A stretch of DNA of 64,000 nucleotides from an uncultured Candidatus Saccharibacteria bacterium. GTDB taxonomy: Bacteria; Patescibacteriota; Minisyncoccia; Phycocordibacterales; Zambryskibacteraceae. The stretch lies in assembly GCA_964516975.1 (NCBI GenBank), contig CAZFAS010000001.1, forward strand, positions 118,500 through 182,499. The letters run 5' to 3'. How positions within the stretch are numbered: the stretch's first letter is position 1; every line of letters begins with the position of its first letter. The position numbers and the translations under genes are program-made. The notes below the pieces were generated by a model. That model did no database searches and was not told the origin of the DNA. It saw only the letters and a list, made by a program, of their open reading frames with translations. Positions 62,794 to 64,000 of the stretch are shown one piece after another.

Positions 62794-63081
62794 GTGCAGA
62801 AAGATACCAGCACGAATCATCCTGAACAGAAAGATGGAGAAGTGTTCATTGGAAACTTCTTGAATAAGTCACCAGAAATCCCAACTGAGGGGATACTCAT
62901 CGACCCCTTCGACAGAGTTGGTTGGAAAACAAAGCGAGCTGGAATGGTTGCGTATGACCACAATGGCAACACCCTTCCGGACTGCTTCCCTGTTTTTGTA
63001 CTGAGGTCAGAAATGAGAGAATCAGGAATGGATCCCGATTCATTGTGGTTAAAAAAACCAGAGGAGAACCGCGATGTCTGA
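62794..63081 (+). CDS. hypothetical protein (array gene 5)
   Basis: 95-aa ORF; TGA stop. Confidence 0.4.
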   Translation: MQKDTSTNHPEQKDGEVFIGNFLNKSPEIPTEGILIDPFDRVGWKTKRAGMVAYDHNGNTLPDCFPVFVLRSEMRESGMDPDSLWLKKPEENRDV

Positions 63082-63328
63082 GATTGTGACTCAAGCTGAA
63101 TTGAGGTTTGAAGATCGAACTGAATGCAACCATTTTTTCAAATGGGATCCAGAATCAAAACATTGGAAGACCACTCGTGGGCAAACTATTTTCGTTTGCC
63201 CACCAAGTAGCATATGTAAAAGATGGGTAGTCATCTGGCCTAGCAACAACAAAAGAAAGGAAATCCACAGCCAAAATCCGGAATTCGCAGCATTTAGCGA
63301 AGCGGATCTCTGGTCAAGAAGAAAGTAA
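63074..63328 (+). CDS. hypothetical protein (array gene 6)
   Basis: 84 aa, start overlaps previous stop (ATGTCTGA). Confidence 0.4.
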   Translation: MSEIVTQAELRFEDRTECNHFFKWDPESKHWKTTRGQTIFVCPPSSICKRWVVIWPSNNKRKEIHSQNPEFAAFSEADLWSRRK

Positions 63329-63345
63329 GTATACAAACCGCCAAG

Positions 63346-63372
63346 TAGCAAATAGCGAACGGCGGTTTTTCA
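63346..63372 (+). terminator. rho-independent terminator
   Basis: ACCGCC-(18 nt loop)-GGCGGT + TTTTT. Confidence 0.45.
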
Positions 63373-63428
63373 TTGATATTCATTAAATAATGAAGTGATG
63401 TATACTATTTATATTAATCAAAAACACT

Positions 63429-63776
63429 ATGCCATTCGAAAAACCAACGCAAGTATTTGAAAAATATGAGGAAGAAGCAAATGCGCTATTACCTGAAATT
63501 ACAGATCGTATCAAGGATGCGCTCATTGGAAAAAGGGTGACACTCATGGACTATTCTAGAAATAAGGAAGAAACAGTGACGGTAAGGCAGGCTGACCCTG
63601 AGAGTTCGAATTGGATGTACATACGTGAGGATGGTCTCAACCATTCATTCACTACTACATTTCGTAGTATTGTACTCAGCACAGAAGGAAGAAAAATTAT
63701 GAATGAAATCGTCGATGGTCTATCTGTACATAACGAAGTAAAAAAAATATTAAAAGAAAAAATTACAGCTCGATAG
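63429..63776 (+). CDS. hypothetical protein (array gene 7)
   Basis: 115-aa ORF. Confidence 0.4.
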   Translation: MPFEKPTQVFEKYEEEANALLPEITDRIKDALIGKRVTLMDYSRNKEETVTVRQADPESSNWMYIREDGLNHSFTTTFRSIVLSTEGRKIMNEIVDGLSVHNEVKKILKEKITAR

Positions 63777-63777
63777 C

Positions 63778-64000
63778 ATGAAAATAATAAAACTCTTTGA
63801 TCGATTAGAGGATCGTGTCCGTGGTTGGCTCAGTAAACGCCCTATTCTGTATGCACTCATTGGTGGATTTGCTATTGTCCTCTTTTGGAGAGGAGTCTGG
63901 GATTTCGCAGATGAATTCGCATTTCTCACGCCAGTAGTATCAATCGTAATCAGTGTCCTTATAATGATGGCAACTGGTACATTCGTATCATTCTTCATTG
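63778..64000 (+). CDS. hypothetical membrane protein (3' partial, runs off window)
   Basis: MKIIKLFDRLEDRVRGWLSKRPILYALIGGFAIVLFW... two TM segments, no stop before window end. Confidence 0.4.
   Translation, partial: MKIIKLFDRLEDRVRGWLSKRPILYALIGGFAIVLFWRGVWDFADEFAFLTPVVSIVISVLIMMATGTFVSFFI

Noticed and set aside
1-64000. CRISPR arrays, rRNA genes, complete prophage
   Set aside because: No regularly spaced short direct repeats were found. No 16S/23S/5S signature blocks and no terminase, capsid or integrase genes were recognised in the window.

Overview
This 64 kb window is low-GC (~37-40%) and compact, and appears to come from a small-genome bacterium, possibly of the Patescibacteria/CPR type; that identification cannot be proven from sequence alone. 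Most of it is housekeeping genes. Recognisable products include LexA, a DsbA-VKOR pair, TrhO, a MacAB-like efflux trio, ribosomal proteins L27, L9 and L21, CtpA, CorA, CysRS, DnaB, RecR, RmuC, YqeY, PyrF, PyrE, LysRS, GreA, ProRS, RseP, Frr, HolB, PriA-like, Def, Fmt and HPF. Two cell-envelope clusters are present: mraZ-rsmH-ftsL-ftsI-murF and mreB-mreC-mreD-mrdA. Standard genetic code is used; TGA serves as a stop in several genes. Promoters follow the TTGACA-N16/17-TATAAT pattern, and most genes end in clean GC-stem/T-run terminators, often fused directly to the next promoter. Several accessory or unusual loci stand out against this background. (1) At 6.5-9.3 kb an IS110-type recombinase gene is bracketed by two ~0.55-0.7 kb directly repeated, hairpin-rich noncoding units. 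Each unit ends in its own terminator and is peppered with TCGTC(A/T)CA and TGTGACA motifs. This may be a bridge-RNA-like or novel ncRNA arrangement and is the top candidate for an undescribed system. (2) A tRNA-Asn(GUU) gene at 60.4-61.1 kb is split by a 560-nt group I intron that carries an HNH homing-endonuclease ORF. (3) The tRNA-Glu locus at 32.5-33.0 kb carries partial tRNA copies and two covarying ~90-nt structured repeats, which look like integration scars or a small RNA family. (4) GC-rich islands of 50-58% GC lie at 4.5-6.0, 39.7-41.5 and 44.4-44.8 kb; the last contains a promoter-to-terminator ~380-nt structured RNA candidate. (5) rplU has a ~300-nt 5' leader with a terminator hairpin immediately before the gene, suggesting an attenuator. 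(6) A GIY-YIG gene is interrupted by an in-frame TGA. (7) A 908-aa HerA/TraD-like ATPase carries a long N-terminal extension. (8) Small genes at 61.3-63.8 kb form a moron-like array, each with a near-identical terminator-promoter cassette. No rRNA, CRISPR array or complete prophage was found.
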